Source of the DNA: Nemertoderma westbladi
Lineage: Eukaryota; Animalia; Xenacoelomorpha
Length of the DNA: 64,000 nt
Direction of reading: 5' to 3'
NCBI GenBank assembly: GCA_032718475.1
Contig: JAUCBJ010007486.1
Location: 1-64,000 of the forward strand
Of this stretch, positions 60,516-64,000 are shown one piece after another. The translations under genes and the position numbers were made by a program. Position 1 is the stretch's first letter. Every line of letters starts with the position of its first letter. The notes below the pieces were generated by a model. That model saw nothing but the letters and a program-made list of their open reading frames with translations, did not search any database and had not been told where the DNA came from.

Positions 60516-62113
60516 TCGCTATTAATATTATATCATAATATAATATACATTACTTATGAAATTCTAAAATATGGATACGACTAGTGTATATGAGTCCAGT
60601 CGAATGTTTTATCAAAACCTACGATATACATCAGAGCGACGATGATGTATATGCTGTTGACGGTGTCCGTGAGGCGTCGCTTCCCGGAACCTGCGACGAC
60701 GTTCCCTGGGCCCCATCTGTGGCCCGATGCTTCCCGGGTTCAATTTTCAATTCCCCGATCACACCGGCACAGCTCGTCGAATGTGTAGCCAGATGGACGG
60801 CTACTGTCAATTTACTGTGGCCTGACTGTACATTGAGCCAACTCAGAGAGTCAACCGGCAGGTGGGCCAGTCGATAGTGATCGAGCACCAAGGTTGCCCT
60901 TGGGCCTAACCGACGGTCTTGTCCCATGTGGGCTTGCGCTACCCAACATGGAATTTTGACTCGTTTTCACCTGCCTCACCAGCAGTATTGAAAAAACAAT
61001 ACTGTCTAGCTCAAAAGCTAAGAACAAGTAACCACTTACCAGTCACTGTACATGTGTACTCAACAGATGTTCACAATATCAAGTACACAAATTGGACACA
61101 TACCATGCACACACAGAGGACATAATCGGGAAAGAACAAATCGGGGTCAAAATCGAGAAAGACAAAATCGAGAGGGAATAGTTGTATCGACTAGAGAAAA
61201 CATGAGAGTCGAGAGTACCTTATTTTGCCGTCAGGGCAAAATAACTTTATGTGCACAAACATTAAACACACGTAATACGTACTAACTAGGTTTTAGCCTC
61301 CAGTCATAATTAAAGGCGTGGTATAAAAGCACACCAAACTGCTTAATTTTGCAATCCGATGTCAGACTGAGGAGTTTAAGAAATTTGACTGATAGAGCGG
61401 ACATTTAAGTGCGAAGTGGTATTCATCCTCCACTTCTTAGAGATTACAGAGCTGGCATAATCTATCGTTACGCGGTACATTATGCCAACGTCCGTATTCG
61501 ATTTGTAGATCGTGTGAGGAACACCTTAGGCGGCGATGTATAATGTTCACGAACTTCATTCTCATTCTATTCATGATATTGCAATTTACCACTGCCGATG
61601 GGGATAACATTTCCGTATGCCCGTATTACGGATACAAACCAAACCGGTACAGGACTGTACTGGTGTGACAGGAGGAAGACAATTCTCCATGGTTACAGGA
61701 TAACACAAAGTAATTTATTTTAGATGTTGTGGAATGCAGTGATTTAATTATAAATAGTTTATGTACAGGTTATAAGACAGAAATAAGCGCTATAAAGCAC
61801 TTAATAAAGATAAATTAAAAAAATAAAAATCTTCATATATAGAATTCCAATAAAAAGTCGACCGAAAAGTGAAATCCTTAGAACTTAGAAATGTATTCCA
61901 GTAGAATCAGCGCCCCAGAAAACCTGAAAATGTCAATTTATAGCTGATATGTACTGATATGTACAATATACATGGCTCGCCCCTTATAGGACTAGGTACC
62001 ACTAGATAGGTGGAGGGTTTTCCCTATTGCTATGCTGTACTGAAATTACACTGTACAACACAAAAAGTTTCAGTTCGCCAAACAACGCATCCAATTCGCT
62101 GGTTTTATACTTT

Positions 62114-64000
62114 CCAGCGCCGGAGTAGAGGCCGATCCGGAGAAAATCCGCGCAATTGTTGAATATAACAGAGTTGAGAAGCTTCATGGGTCTCACCAAC
62201 CAGCTGGGATGTTTCTCCTCAGCCGCAATTCCTCTGCATGAATTATTGCGCACTAGAAATAGTTTCACCTGGGCAACCATGCAGGATAATGCATTTAAAG
62301 AGGTTAAGCTCTCGTTAACGAGTCCCCCTGTCTTAGCCCCATTTGAACTCCAGGCCGAAACGCGCCTTGAAACAGACGCCAGTCGGTACAAGGTCTGGGT
62401 TTTAATTTAATGCAAAAACAACAAAATGAATGGAAATTAATCATGTGTGGTAGTCGATTTTTAATGAGTGTGGAAAGTCGATATGCAACTATAGAACTCG
62501 AAACCATTGCAATAAAGTTTGGTTTGGAGAAATGCCGCATATATCTGGCTGGCATTGAACCTTTTAAAGTAATTACTGACCACCGCCCACTCGTTTCTAT
62601 TTTTAACAAACATACACTGGGTCAAGTTGAGAATAACAAAATACAGCGTATAAATGCTGAGTTGCAGTCAAATTATCAATTTGATGTAGAATGGCGGCAA
62701 GGTGAGAAAAATCGCATTGCCGACGGTTTAAGCCGTGCCCCAGTTGATAATCCAGAGGATGTAATCGAGGATGAGATGGATAACACCTCAACTTTGGCTG
62801 CAATTTCCTCTGCATTACAACCCCATCAAAATAGTACGCAAACTATTACCTTACAGTGTGACTCGCCCCATATCCCTTCTACTGATGACCCTGTCATAGA
62901 AGAGATCCAGGATGCAGCATTAGTGGACCCTGACTACCAATCCCTTGTGTGTGAAATTCTTCAGGGACCTACAAATAAAAATACTGTGTCCAGCGTGACA
63001 CAACAGTGTAAATCTATTATCCACGAAATGTCCGTCGAAAATGGACTGGTTCTATTTGGTGTACAATTAGTCATCCCGAAATCAAAACGAACCTCGTTCT
63101 AGAACGTTTACACGCCCCACATCAGGGTATAGTACGTACCAAACAACGAGCTCGCGAAGTCATTTTTTGGCCCGGGATAAATAAGGACATTGCCAAACTC
63201 GTTGGAGGCTGCGAGCAATGCCAACAGCGCCAACGCAGCCTACCTAAGGAGAAACTAATAACGGACCTTCCCCCAGACAGACCATTTCAGTGGGTATCTG
63301 CGGATTTATTCACTACTGCTGGACGCAAATACTTGGTTTATACAGATATGTTGTCAGGCTACCCTGTAGTTGCCCAATGGCGAAACGACCCCTCTTCACG
63401 GCAGGTCGCCGCTGTTGTCCATCATTTCTTTGCCGACTTCGGAGTTCCAACTCACATGCGGACAGACAACGGACCACAAACTTTCTAGAACACTGGGGAG
63501 TAAAATGGGCACCAAGTAGTCCCCATTTTCCTTCCAGTAATGGCCACGCGGAATGTAACGTTAACATAATAAAATCTATGCTAGCGAAGTTGCCCACACA
63601 GGATATTACTTCCGAGAACTTCCAGGAAGCTATTCTAGAATTACGCAATACCCCGCGTTTCGACGGCCGTTCTCCCAATGAGATTGTGTTCGGTCACAAT
63701 CTACAGTCACGAGTGCCAGCTCACCATACTACTTACGATCCTAAATGGTGCGATGCTGCTGAAGAAGCAGACAACAAACACAGCATTATTCGTGAGAAGG
63801 CGATAGACCACTATAATAGCACTGCGCGAAACCTAAAACCATGCACTGCGCGAAACCTAAAACCATTGCCCGTTGATACCAAAGTGCGCCTACAAAACGC
63901 CCGCACCAGACATTGGTACCGCACTGGAATTATTACCAGCCGGCAAGGAGCGCGTGACTATTGGATAAAACTCCCATCTGGGCACACAATGCGGAGAAAC
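62114..64000 (+). pseudogene. Decayed Ty3/Gypsy pol fragment (RT connection, RNase H, integrase), runs off the window
   Basis: ADPEKIRAI, ELRSFMG, LETDAS, RYATIELE, VITDHRPL, NRIADGLSR, LHAPHQGI...WPG...CEQC, TDNGPQ, SSPHFPSSNGHAE; several frameshifts. Confidence 0.9.

Noticed and set aside
60584-60940. GC-rich segment with overlapping ~97-aa ORFs on both strands
   Set aside because: No recognisable motif, splice context or repeat boundary; cannot be assigned from the sequence alone.

Overview
Animal (probably invertebrate) genomic DNA, AT-rich and mostly transposon-derived. Two plus-strand, phase 1-1 host exons are visible: a fibrinogen-related domain (10650-11273) and a Thr/Pro/Ala/Gly mucin-like exon (52462-53724). 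The ~41-kb gap between them holds a nested stack. An old BEL/Pao-type remnant (D) is split by an Academ DNA transposon (12809-15977) and by BEL/Pao element A (16515-50708, TSD CCAGG). A in turn contains BEL/Pao element B (21142-33242, TSD ATCTG) and an intact CR1/L2-group LINE (41280-47306). Further right, BEL element C (LTR 56207-57383) sits in the integrase tail of another BEL element (E), followed by a decayed Gypsy pol. The first 10 kb holds CRE and RTE fragments, a foldback MITE, a Kolobok-type MITE and minisatellites. Most interesting signals: (1) neither complete BEL element has a tRNA primer-binding site, and in both the 10-11 nt directly after the 5' LTR are the exact reverse complement of a segment inside their own LTR and are followed by a hairpin, suggesting tRNA-independent self-priming; (2) this lineage carries an extra 3' ORF with an RNase D/WRN-type (DEDDy-like) 3'-5' exonuclease fold plus three CCHC knuckles; (3) element A carries nine dispersed copies of a 20-nt near-palindromic motif read in all three frames, one with a compensatory change, and a tRNA-like Pol III unit in its LTR. 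All calls are by eye; no database search was run.
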